This document shows positions 34,806 to 43,374 of a DNA stretch of 64,000 nt, one piece after another. The notes beneath the pieces were generated by a model. That model was not told where the DNA came from and ran no database searches. It worked only from the letters and a program-made list of their open reading frames with translations. Within the stretch, counting starts at the first letter, position 1, and every line of letters starts with the position of its first letter. The stretch is from positions 1,061,699-1,125,698 of the forward strand of contig OZ242258.1 in NCBI GenBank assembly GCA_965207025.1, read 5' to 3'. This stretch comes from Dehalococcoidia bacterium. GTDB taxonomy: Bacteria > Chloroflexota > Dehalococcoidia > Lucifugimonadales > UBA3495. Made by a program: the position numbers and the translations under genes.

Positions 34806-35631
34806 CGCAACGTTCCGCGGCGTGGGGGTCGGCGAGCAGCTGGGAAATCTGGAATACCTGGTTGACGACCGCGTGATGGCTGAATACCGAGCACTGATCG
34901 GCGATTGCTCCAGTTACCCCAACCTGATTGCCGACGACTGCGAGTCCATGGCCGTTGCCAGATTCGGCGACACCGGGCTGACGACTCTTTGGCGCAGGTT
35001 CGAGTTCCTCCGGCCGCCGATTCCCGGACGGCGTATCCAGGTGGGTGCATGGCTCAAAGAAGTTGGGGAGAAGAAAGGTTTACCGTGGTTGTGGGTGTCT
35101 TCGTTTGCGGTGGATGAGATTGGCACTGAAATACTACGGTCAGAGGCGGCCTTTGCCATCGGGGTGGCAAAGGCCCATCCGCAGCAGTCGGCAGACATAC
35201 GACGGAGCGCTTCGACTGAAGAAGGATGTAGCTTCGCTGGGCGGGTTGGCGATTCGTTTGATCTGAACGGGTGGGCTTCGCCATTCGGAGAACGCGTCAA
35301 CTCATACCAAAAATTACGTAGTGAACTATCGGGAGTGGCGACCTACTCTGACGGAAATGGCGATACCCAGCTTTTAGCCGGCTGGCTTGAGGGTCAGTTG
35401 GCACAACGCCTGGGCGACGATTTTCGTTGGGGCGGTCGGATGGAGTTGGCGTACCGGCGTTCGCCCGGCGCCGGGGGACGCGTCACAGCCGACGCGGTGG
35501 TGGTGGCGAACGATGCAGACCCCAACGGAACTCGCACCATCCGGTTGATTGTTGGCGCGTACAACGAGCGGAACGAATCCATCGCAGTGGGCGAAGCAAC
35601 GGCCATAATGCCCAGCCCGCGGTTACTTTGA
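34798..35631 (+). CDS. Hypothetical protein
   Basis: ATG 34798 overlaps the TPR gene stop (ATGGTTAG). 277 aa (MVSATFRGVGVGEQ...). The two-halves architecture might be a double hot-dog fold, but I cannot support that from motifs. Confidence 0.55.
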   Translation: MVSATFRGVGVGEQLGNLEYLVDDRVMAEYRALIGDCSSYPNLIADDCESMAVARFGDTGLTTLWRRFEFLRPPIPGRRIQVGAWLKEVGEKKGLPWLWVSSFAVDEIGTEILRSEAAFAIGVAKAHPQQSADIRRSASTEEGCSFAGRVGDSFDLNGWASPFGERVNSYQKLRSELSGVATYSDGNGDTQLLAGWLEGQLAQRLGDDFRWGGRMELAYRRSPGAGGRVTADAVVVANDADPNGTRTIRLIVGAYNERNESIAVGEATAIMPSPRLL

Positions 35632-35667
35632 CATTTCGAAAATCTCAACACCACACACGGAGGAAAT

Positions 35668-36414
35668 ATGCAGGAACGCCCGCCCCCATCGGAGCGGCTG
35701 CCGGAGAATTGGCGGACCGCCCTCGCCATTGTGGCGCATCCCGACGACCTGGAATACGGGGCCGCCAGCGCCATCGCCAAGTGGACCAGCCAAGGCAAGC
35801 GCATAGTGTATGTGATGGTGAGCAACGGTGAGGCGGGGATCGACGGCATGGATCCTTCTAAGGTTGGCCCGCTGCGGATGCAGGAAGAAATCAACAGCGC
35901 CCGAGTAGTCGGTGTGGATACGGTCGAGTTCCTGGATTACCCGGACGGCGTGATCGAGTACGGCGCGCCGCTGCGCCGCGACCTGAGCCGGGTGATTCGC
36001 CGGCATCGCCCAAACGTGATCCTGACCATCAACCACCACCAGCAGTTTTTCAGTGGGCACCTCAACATGGCGGACCACCGCTGGGTTGGGCTGGCAGTGT
36101 TCGATGCGGCCCGCGACGCGGGAAATCGCTGGATTTTCCCCGAGCTGCTGGCCGAGGGGCATGAGCCCTGGAACGAAGTGCGTTTCGTGGCAGTGTTCGG
36201 ATCCACGTATCCGACCCACGTTGTTGACGTTTCGGATCACTGGGAAACGGGTTTGGATTCACTTCGTGAGCACAAGGTATATCTGGAAAACCTGGGGGCC
36301 GTGGGAAACAGTCCCTTCGAGTTCCTCACGGCGCACGCCAGGGAAGCCGGAGCCGCCATCGGCTGCCGATATGGATCTTACGCAGAATTGGTGCTGATCA
36401 ACGAATCATTTTAG
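35668..36414 (+). CDS. PIG-L/LmbE family deacetylase (MshB/BshB-like fold)
   Basis: ALAIVAHPDDLEYGAASAIA (AHPDD zinc motif) and HLNMADHRWVG (second His motif). Confidence 0.85.
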   Translation: MQERPPPSERLPENWRTALAIVAHPDDLEYGAASAIAKWTSQGKRIVYVMVSNGEAGIDGMDPSKVGPLRMQEEINSARVVGVDTVEFLDYPDGVIEYGAPLRRDLSRVIRRHRPNVILTINHHQQFFSGHLNMADHRWVGLAVFDAARDAGNRWIFPELLAEGHEPWNEVRFVAVFGSTYPTHVVDVSDHWETGLDSLREHKVYLENLGAVGNSPFEFLTAHAREAGAAIGCRYGSYAELVLINESF

Positions 36415-36424
36415 GAGCGAAGCC

Positions 36425-37078
36425 ATGGCAGGGTTCAGCGAACAACTACGGGAGGAGGCGCAACCGATATGGGAAGCCATATTTCGCCATCCCTTCCTGC
36501 GGGAGATCAAGGACGGGTCTCTTCCCGTGGAAACGTTTAGATACTATCTGGGGCAGGACTATCACTATCTAGAAGGATTCGGCCGGGCGGTGGCGCTGAC
36601 ATTGGCCAAATCGCCGGATTCCGAACTGCTGCAACAGTTGGCCCATCGGGTGATGACTCCGGTGGAACGACCGCTGCACCACCAGTTGATTGAAGCTGCG
36701 GGGCTGACAATGGCCGAAGTGGAGAGCGCGCCTCGCTCACCTACCAATACCGGGTACGTCAACCACATGCTTACGATTGCGGCTCAGCACGGATTGGGAC
36801 CCACCGCCGCGGCCCTGCTGCCATGTCCATGGACGTATCATCTGCTGAAGGACGAAGTGGGACAGTCAGAGCACCCGCTCTACGGTCAATGGACCCGGTT
36901 TTACGTAGAAGGCTTCCTGCAATCCAGCGTGGACGCCTGGCGGGGTTTTGTGGACGAAATGGCCGAACGGGTGGGCGAGCAGGAAAGGGAGGCCATGCGC
37001 TACGCCTTTATGGTAAGCAGCCGCTACGAGTACATGTTTTGGGACGCGGCATACCGACGGGAAGAATGGCCGGTGTAG
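36425..37078 (+). CDS. tenA: TenA family protein (thiaminase II / aminopyrimidine aminohydrolase)
   Basis: FLREIKDGSLPVETFRYYLGQDYHYL, and a CPWTY motif containing the catalytic Cys. Confidence 0.82.
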   Translation: MAGFSEQLREEAQPIWEAIFRHPFLREIKDGSLPVETFRYYLGQDYHYLEGFGRAVALTLAKSPDSELLQQLAHRVMTPVERPLHHQLIEAAGLTMAEVESAPRSPTNTGYVNHMLTIAAQHGLGPTAAALLPCPWTYHLLKDEVGQSEHPLYGQWTRFYVEGFLQSSVDAWRGFVDEMAERVGEQEREAMRYAFMVSSRYEYMFWDAAYRREEWPV

Positions 37079-37103
37079 ATTTCGGAACAGCAGGAGTTTG
37101 ACG

Positions 37104-37898
37104 ATGCCTTTTGCAACAATTAACGGCGCGGAATTGTTTTACGAGAGCCATGGAACCGGGCCGGCGATAGTTTTCGCCCACGGCCGCGGTGGCAACCATT
37201 TGAGTTGGTGGCAACAGGTGGCTGCATTCCAGACTGATTTCCGCTGCATCACCTTCGACCAACGCGGCTGGGGGATGTCCGGTGGGCCCGCCGAACCGCC
37301 CAAGCCGCTCGTCGTTAGCGCTGACCTCCTGGGCCTGCTGGACCACCTGGACGTTGACCGGGCAGTGTTGGTGGCCCAATCCATGGGCGGAGTATCGTCC
37401 CTTGGCGTGGCGCTGAATCATCCCGGACGGGTTGCGGGATTGGTGTTGGGGGATACTACCGGCGGCATCGGGGATGAATCGGTAATCTCCCTGCTGGAAG
37501 GAGTTCATCCACCCGAGGACCCGTTGAGGCGGGCGTTGAGCGATTCTTTCATCGAGGATCAACCTGAGCTCACGTTCCTGTTTGGTTCCATTGGCCGTAT
37601 CAACCCGCCCATGCCGGTTACGGTGGTTTCGGGCCTGTTCCGAAACCCCGACGGACCCCAGGCCGCAGATTTGGCCCGCATGAACGTGCCCACGATGCTA
37701 GTAGTTGGCCGTGAGGACAAGATATTCCCGGTGAACGTGATCGAGGCGGTCCACCGTCTGATTCCGGGCAGCCGGTTGGAAGTGGTGGATGGCGCTGCCC
37801 ACTCAACACACTTTGAGCAGGCGGATGCTTTCAACGCTCTACTGAGGGAATTTATCGAATCGATCAACGTGGATGTGGCAGCGGCGGCGGACGACTGA
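37104..37898 (+). CDS. Alpha/beta hydrolase
   Basis: FAHGRGGN and AQSMGG nucleophile elbow, with AAHSTHFE at the C-terminus. ATG 37104 is preceded by AGGAG. Confidence 0.85.
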   Translation: MPFATINGAELFYESHGTGPAIVFAHGRGGNHLSWWQQVAAFQTDFRCITFDQRGWGMSGGPAEPPKPLVVSADLLGLLDHLDVDRAVLVAQSMGGVSSLGVALNHPGRVAGLVLGDTTGGIGDESVISLLEGVHPPEDPLRRALSDSFIEDQPELTFLFGSIGRINPPMPVTVVSGLFRNPDGPQAADLARMNVPTMLVVGREDKIFPVNVIEAVHRLIPGSRLEVVDGAAHSTHFEQADAFNALLREFIESINVDVAAAADD

Positions 37899-37926
37899 TC
37901 CGGTCTGCATTCCTGCACAACTAAAA

Positions 37927-37949
37927 GGGGCGGATCTACGATCCGCCCC
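37927..37949. terminator. Family D GC-hairpin between convergent genes
   Basis: GGGGCGGAT-CTACG-ATCCGCCCC between the stops at 37898 (+) and 37971 (-). Confidence 0.6.
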
Positions 37950-37970
37950 AAGTCGTTCAATCAGCCTACG

Positions 37971-39092
37971 TCAGAACGGCAGATGTTCGGCGATGTCGCT
38001 CTCGGTGCGGAAGGGGCCCCACTCGCGGGGCACGTTCAGCAGGCGATCTTCAAGTTCGTCCACGCTGTTCTGGCCGCAGTAGGCCATGGCGCGGTTGAAT
38101 TCCTCCCGGAGCAGCTCGAGCATGTGGTGGACGCCCTCAGCGCCGTTCACCGCGAGGCCCCAATATAGAGGTCGGCCCACGGCGACGGCGGTAGCTCCCA
38201 GAGCCAGGGCCTTCAGCACGTCGCTGCCCCGGCGGACACCGGAGTCAACGTAAACCTCGGCCTTGCCCCCGGTGGCGGCGACGATTTCGGGGACCATCTC
38301 GATGCTGGACATGGTGCTGTCCAGTTGACGCCCGCCGTGGGTGGATACCAGGATGCCATTGACGCCATGGTCAACCGCCATCTTGGCGTCTTCCGCGACG
38401 CGAACACCTTTGAGAACGAGAGGCAAATCGGTCAAGCTGCGCAGCCAGTCGATTTCCTGCCAGGTCAGCGGCGGGGATTGAGGCATTTCCCAAGTCGGGG
38501 ATTCGTCAGTGCCGCTGACTTCTGAGAGGCGGTCTTGCTGCTCGCGGAAGTTGCCCAGCTCGCCGGGGCGCTGGTAGCGGTTGCGCACATCCCGTTCTTT
38601 CGGGCTGGGCGCGGGAGTATCAACGGTGAGGACGATGGCACGAAACCCGGCGGCTTCGGCCCGCTTGACCAAGTTCTCGGTCAGGTCGTAACCCCGGTGA
38701 TAAAGCTGGAACCAGAGAGGACCGGTGGCCGCATCCGCGATTTCTTCCATGCTGCAATTGGAAGACGTGCTGCACATCATGAGGGTGTTGGACATACCGG
38801 CGCCTCGGGCAGTGGCGCACTCGGCTTCCGGGTGCGCGTTGCCGTGGCCGCCGGTTGGAGCGATCATGACCGGAAAGCTGATGTCCTGCCCCAAAACGGT
38901 GGTGGCGATTTTGCGCTCGGTTGTGTCGCGCATGAAACGGGGCCGCAAAGTCAGGGACTCGAAAGCGGAACGGTTGCGGGCGGTGGTAATCTCATCCATC
39001 GAACCGGCTTCGATGAACTCCCAGTTATTGTGGGGAAGTACCTGCTTCGCCCTGGCTTCGTAGTCGTACAGGTTGATGGGATCCAGTCTCAT
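37971..39092 (-). CDS. FMN-dependent alpha-hydroxy acid oxidase/dehydrogenase (LldD/glycolate oxidase family)
   Basis: 373 aa with MIAPTGGHG, WFQLY, LTVDTP, LKGV, VSTHGGRQLD and DSGVRRGSDVLKALALGA. Confidence 0.9.
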   Translation of the reverse strand: MRLDPINLYDYEARAKQVLPHNNWEFIEAGSMDEITTARNRSAFESLTLRPRFMRDTTERKIATTVLGQDISFPVMIAPTGGHGNAHPEAECATARGAGMSNTLMMCSTSSNCSMEEIADAATGPLWFQLYHRGYDLTENLVKRAEAAGFRAIVLTVDTPAPSPKERDVRNRYQRPGELGNFREQQDRLSEVSGTDESPTWEMPQSPPLTWQEIDWLRSLTDLPLVLKGVRVAEDAKMAVDHGVNGILVSTHGGRQLDSTMSSIEMVPEIVAATGGKAEVYVDSGVRRGSDVLKALALGATAVAVGRPLYWGLAVNGAEGVHHMLELLREEFNRAMAYCGQNSVDELEDRLLNVPREWGPFRTESDIAEHLPF

Positions 39093-39116
39093 CTGGCGTC
39101 TCCTTGCAGTTTGGAT

Positions 39117-39635
39117 TCATTCGGCTTCTGAGGTGGATGGAGTCAGGTTCAGACGCACGATCGCGTCCGCGACGTCAGGCAGCATCTTGTAGTCGTCGGT
39201 GGACTGATCGAATGCCATAGGATGCGGCAGGGATACGTTGTGAACATTGCGTATGCGCCGCACGGAATGGCCCACGGAAGACATGCGGCCGGACAACTGG
39301 CGTTCAGTCAAACCCATAGCATCCAATAGAGACTGTCGCGACATCACGTATCCACTACTATGGGCAACCTGGTGGTACACCTGTTGGGCGTTGGGCGCCA
39401 AATAGCGCCAAAAAGTACGGACGTGGTCAATAGTCCATCTGCCTTCGGGAACCGGGAGCACAGCAGACGATGCAACATTCGATGCAGGTGTTACTTCTGG
39501 AGCAGCATCTGACATTTCGTCATCAACAGTTTCTGCCGCAGATGTCACAGACTCCGTGTCACTGCCAGCCAATTTGCGGATAGCGGCAATCACTTCCTCG
39601 ACATCGCCTTCGATTGTTAGCGCCACCTTTACCAT
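39117..39635 (-). CDS. Hypothetical protein (lower GC than surroundings)
   Basis: 172-aa ORF with an acidic, low-complexity middle and a C-terminal region that could be a helix-turn-helix type. No family recognised. Confidence 0.5.
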   Translation of the reverse strand: MVKVALTIEGDVEEVIAAIRKLAGSDTESVTSAAETVDDEMSDAAPEVTPASNVASSAVLPVPEGRWTIDHVRTFWRYLAPNAQQVYHQVAHSSGYVMSRQSLLDAMGLTERQLSGRMSSVGHSVRRIRNVHNVSLPHPMAFDQSTDDYKMLPDVADAIVRLNLTPSTSEAE

Positions 39636-39748
39636 TTCCCAGCCTCGCAGGTTTCAGATAAAGTACAAGTTTAGCACTATCACGCATGGGGTCAATATAA
39701 ACGTATAACAAAGGCAATTATTCAAAGGAGAAAATGATAAACGCGTTA

Positions 39749-39771
39749 GGGGCGGAGTGTTGCCCCGCCCC
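39749..39771. terminator. Family D-like GC-hairpin downstream of the por operon
   Basis: GGGGCGG-AGTGTTGCC-CCGCCCC lies 50 nt beyond the porB stop (39821). The minus-strand transcript reads the hairpin, then TAACGCGTTTATCATTTT. Confidence 0.5.
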
Positions 39772-39820
39772 CAGAGATTTGAACCAGTCGAGCAACGAAA
39801 CTGGATTCAATGTGGAAATT

Positions 39821-40816
39821 CTAACCTTCTTCCTGAGGGCCGAATGGAACGATTCCGGGAATCCACCACTTTTCCCAGGACTCGTCGATCCTTTCCTGGA
39901 AGAACTTGAGGTCCTCTTCGGTGAGGTGCGCGAAACGCCCCTGCCGCTGGAGGTATTCCGTAACCGGCTTGCGCTGGCGAATCCCTCGGGCGATGGCTCG
40001 CGACGGGCCGTTGAGGATCAAGTCGCCGTCAACGATTTCGTATTGCACCCAGATTCCGGTTTCGACGGCCAACATGCCCAACTCATGGGAATACTTGGGG
40101 TCATAGTCCCATCCCTTGGGGCACGGGTCGATGCTGTGGATGAAGGTCGGCCCGCCGATGGTGAGCGCGCGCCGAATCTTGTTGGTGAAGTCGGGGCCAT
40201 AGGAACCGCAAGCGGTCGCCACGTAGCGGACGTCCGGATGGCCGGCGGCCAACATCGGGACGGTGTTCTTCTTCCACCGACGGTTCATAATCCGATGCAC
40301 CTTGCCGGGGGGCGAGAAGGTGGAGTTGGCACCCCAGGGGCTTGAACCGGACACCTGGATGTCGGTGTTGGCGTAGGACTCGTTGTCGTAGCACAGGATG
40401 AGCAGGTTGTACTCGTCGTGCTGCAGGGCCGCGGAGATAGCCGAAAGGCCCATGTCCACGCCACCGCCGTCGCCGCAGAATGCGATGACGTTGATGGGTT
40501 CTTCCTGCATCTTGCCCTTGCGCATCAGGGACGCCAGGCCGGCGGCAGTGCCAGTGGCGGCCGATCCGCTGGAGCCGAGTTGGGTGTGCATCCACGGCAC
40601 GACCCACGGAGTGCTGTAGTAGGTGGTGTTGGCGACATACATGCAGCCGGTGCTGCCGACCACGATGGTGCGCGGGCCGGCGGCCTTGATCATCAGGCGC
40701 ATTACCAGAGCGGATTCGCAGCCTTGGCAGGTACGGTGTCCGGAGGTGAAACCCTCGAACACTGGGATCTGTTTGACACCCCTAACCTGGGGGAGGTCTT
40801 GGGTCATGGTAGTCAT
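39821..40816 (-). CDS. porB: 2-oxoacid:ferredoxin oxidoreductase beta subunit (TPP-binding)
   Basis: CQGCESALVMRL and FCGDGGGVDMGLSAISAALQHDEYNLLILCYDNESYANT (GDG..N TPP motif). ATG 40816 is preceded by AGGAGAG and lies 10 nt after the porA stop. Confidence 0.88.
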   Translation of the reverse strand: MTTMTQDLPQVRGVKQIPVFEGFTSGHRTCQGCESALVMRLMIKAAGPRTIVVGSTGCMYVANTTYYSTPWVVPWMHTQLGSSGSAATGTAAGLASLMRKGKMQEEPINVIAFCGDGGGVDMGLSAISAALQHDEYNLLILCYDNESYANTDIQVSGSSPWGANSTFSPPGKVHRIMNRRWKKNTVPMLAAGHPDVRYVATACGSYGPDFTNKIRRALTIGGPTFIHSIDPCPKGWDYDPKYSHELGMLAVETGIWVQYEIVDGDLILNGPSRAIARGIRQRKPVTEYLQRQGRFAHLTEEDLKFFQERIDESWEKWWIPGIVPFGPQEEG

Positions 40817-40826
40817 CGCGGCTCTC

Positions 40827-42059
40827 CTATTCCCGAACACCTATCCAGGTGTTGACTTGCTTGACTTTTCCGGAGTCGATGGAATCCTGGACCATCGCGG
40901 TCATCTCTTCGACATCGCGCACGAGGACTTCGCGCCCGCCGAGGCCCGCGACGAAGCTCTGAACCAGTGGTCGGTCATCCAGATCGTATAGCGCGGAACG
41001 CACTTCGTTGAACAATACGCCACCGTAGGAGGGTGACCCGTAGGAATAATCCCGGTCGATCACGCCTACAGCCTTGCAGCGACTGAGGGCTTCCTGGACT
41101 TCTTCAGTGGCGAAAGGTCGGAAGAACTTGACGCGGAGGAACCCGACCTTTTTGCCCTGCTCGCGCATCCGACGAACGGCGACGCGCACCGGCATGGCCA
41201 GAGTTCCCATGCCGACGAGGACGATGTCGGCGTCTTCGGTCATATACTCTTCGATAAACGGGCTGTCGTCGCCGCGGCCAAAGACCTGCTTGAACTCGTC
41301 GTAGGCTTCCCGGATCACGTCGGTGCAGCGGCGCATGGCGTCGTCGGTCTGGCGGCGGATTTCCATGAGCCAGTCTTCGTTGACCTGCGGTGCGACGGTG
41401 ATCGGGTTGTCCGGGTGGAGCAGAAGGCGACCCCGGTCGTACTGAGGAAGGAACTGATCAACCTGCTCCTGAGTGGGAACGTTGACGATGGCTTGCGAGT
41501 GAGTCAGGAAGGAGCCATCGCAAGAGATGGCAGCGGGAAGGAAAACGCGGGGATCCTCAGCAACGCGCCACGCCAGCAGCGCGGTGTCAAGAGCCTCCTG
41601 AGCGGTACCGACCCAATAGAGCATCCAACCCAAGTCGCGGACTGCCATCGCGTCGTTGTGTTCCACGCCGAACGCGCCGGGATCGTCCAGTGCCCGGTTG
41701 CCCACCATGGCGACCACAGGCAGGCGGAGGCCGGCGGTGACGGTAATGGCCTCGAAGGCGTAGAACCAGCCGACGCCGCTGGAACCGCAGAAGGTGCGGG
41801 CGCCCACGGCTGAGGCGTGCTTCACGATTTCAAACTGGGAGTGCTCACTTTCCGCGACGATGAAGTCGCAGTCGAACGCGCCGTCGGCCTTGAGCTTGGA
41901 CACGTACTGCATGACGGTGTCGTAGGGCCGAATCGGGTAGGCGGTGATTACGTCCACGTCGGCGAGGGAGCAGGCGATGGCGATGGCCTCGCTACCGCTA
42001 ATGAGTTCTTCTCGCTCGGAGTCCGGGCGCCCGGTTTGGGGGAGGGTTTGGGTGGCCAT
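40827..42059 (-). CDS. porA: 2-oxoacid:ferredoxin oxidoreductase alpha subunit
   Basis: 410 aa. ISGSEAIAIACSLADVDVITAYPIRP is a typical PorA N-terminus. Its start overlaps the upstream stop (TAATG). Confidence 0.88.
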   Translation of the reverse strand: MATQTLPQTGRPDSEREELISGSEAIAIACSLADVDVITAYPIRPYDTVMQYVSKLKADGAFDCDFIVAESEHSQFEIVKHASAVGARTFCGSSGVGWFYAFEAITVTAGLRLPVVAMVGNRALDDPGAFGVEHNDAMAVRDLGWMLYWVGTAQEALDTALLAWRVAEDPRVFLPAAISCDGSFLTHSQAIVNVPTQEQVDQFLPQYDRGRLLLHPDNPITVAPQVNEDWLMEIRRQTDDAMRRCTDVIREAYDEFKQVFGRGDDSPFIEEYMTEDADIVLVGMGTLAMPVRVAVRRMREQGKKVGFLRVKFFRPFATEEVQEALSRCKAVGVIDRDYSYGSPSYGGVLFNEVRSALYDLDDRPLVQSFVAGLGGREVLVRDVEEMTAMVQDSIDSGKVKQVNTWIGVRE

Positions 42060-43279
42060 TAGTCATCGTCTCCGGTGAGGGCTACTTCGGCTTCAGATTC
42101 GGCTTCGTAGGTGCCCGGACTGTGATACCCATGGCTCCTCGTTGCGTCTTTTTCCTTCTGTACCTGGATCAAGTCGGCCATCCACTTGTGGTAACCATCC
42201 TTGTCCCGAGTCCAGTGTTCATACTGGCTGTTGTTGTCGTTGAACTCGGCCTCGTTCACCATGGTGATGCAATCGGCCACCGGGCAAACGGCCTCGCAAA
42301 CCGCGCAACCACAACAGGCATCCATGTTGGCGTCGTACAGCCCGTCCGGAGTAACGTCGAAGCAGGTGTCGGGACACTGCAACCAGCACAGGGTACACTT
42401 GATGCACGTATCAAAGTTGATGACCGGGCGCATCGACCGTGTGCTGAACTTCTTGAACACGGAGTTGCGGGTTGGCTCGTAGCCCTGCTCCCCGCCATCG
42501 GCAGGGGAGTTGATGGGATCATAGCTCTCTCCCAGGGAACCCCCGCGGAACCCGCCGCCGCCTTCCATCCCTCGGATCACCAGTCCTTCTTCCATGGACC
42601 TCCAGCCGGGGAGATCGAAGCTGAACGGTTCTTCCTCGTTGCCTTCGCCGGGTTCGACCGGGCGAGCGGCCAGGCGATCGTGGGTGTTACGCGCCGAGGT
42701 TAATTTGAGCCCGCCCCAGCCCTGGTCTTCCAGGGCGGCGAGCATGGAGTCAAGGCTCACCAACTCGGGACAAACCCGCGCCAATGCCCCCAGGATGCGG
42801 ACATCGGTGTGATCGTCCTTGTAAACCCACAGGCCGGAGAAGCTCGTGGACGCGGGGACAATGGCCAAGTTGTACGCTGAATCCTTCTGGTGGATGTCTT
42901 CGATCAAGGCATCCGCATTCTGGCGCGACGTGACGATTAAAGTTCCGCCGGGTTTGGTTAGGGCGTTGATCGGTTGAAGTCCGTACCAAGCCCAGGACTC
43001 GATGCCCTTGCACATGGTGTCGTCAACATTGATGGTGACGTCCACCTCGCGGGCCTCGTACACGGCCAAGTTTTCTTCGAGTTCTTCGGAGCTGTCGGAT
43101 ACGATGGCGAACTGCTTGGCGGGTATGCCGTTGCGCTCCGGGGAGTCGCCATAGCGGCCGAACGCTGTACCTATTTTGCCTTCTTTACGGGCGGCAAAAA
43201 CGATAGTGCGGACGATGTTCCGGGCCAGAGTCTTCTGAAAAATCCCCCGGTACACCACCTCCACTGCCACTGTGCTCAT
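42059..43279 (-). CDS. 2-oxoacid:ferredoxin oxidoreductase gamma subunit fused to delta (2x[4Fe-4S] ferredoxin) subunit
   Basis: PorG-like N-terminal half (GRYGDSPERNGIPAKQF...). The C-terminal part has CIKCTLCWLQCP and CCGCAVCEAVCP cluster motifs. 406 aa. Confidence 0.82.
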   Translation of the reverse strand: MSTVAVEVVYRGIFQKTLARNIVRTIVFAARKEGKIGTAFGRYGDSPERNGIPAKQFAIVSDSSEELEENLAVYEAREVDVTINVDDTMCKGIESWAWYGLQPINALTKPGGTLIVTSRQNADALIEDIHQKDSAYNLAIVPASTSFSGLWVYKDDHTDVRILGALARVCPELVSLDSMLAALEDQGWGGLKLTSARNTHDRLAARPVEPGEGNEEEPFSFDLPGWRSMEEGLVIRGMEGGGGFRGGSLGESYDPINSPADGGEQGYEPTRNSVFKKFSTRSMRPVINFDTCIKCTLCWLQCPDTCFDVTPDGLYDANMDACCGCAVCEAVCPVADCITMVNEAEFNDNNSQYEHWTRDKDGYHKWMADLIQVQKEKDATRSHGYHSPGTYEAESEAEVALTGDDD

Positions 43280-43374
43280 TTCGGGGAGCCCTCCTCGGTG
43301 ATTGATGCGGCATTATAGCACGCACGGCGTATGGTACACTGCCAACGGATTTTTCGATTGAGGTGGCTCTGACC

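Noticed and set aside
36415-36424. TPP riboswitch upstream of tenA
   Set aside because: Only 10 nt separate tenA from the preceding deacetylase gene, and no THI-box-like sequence was seen upstream of the deacetylase either.
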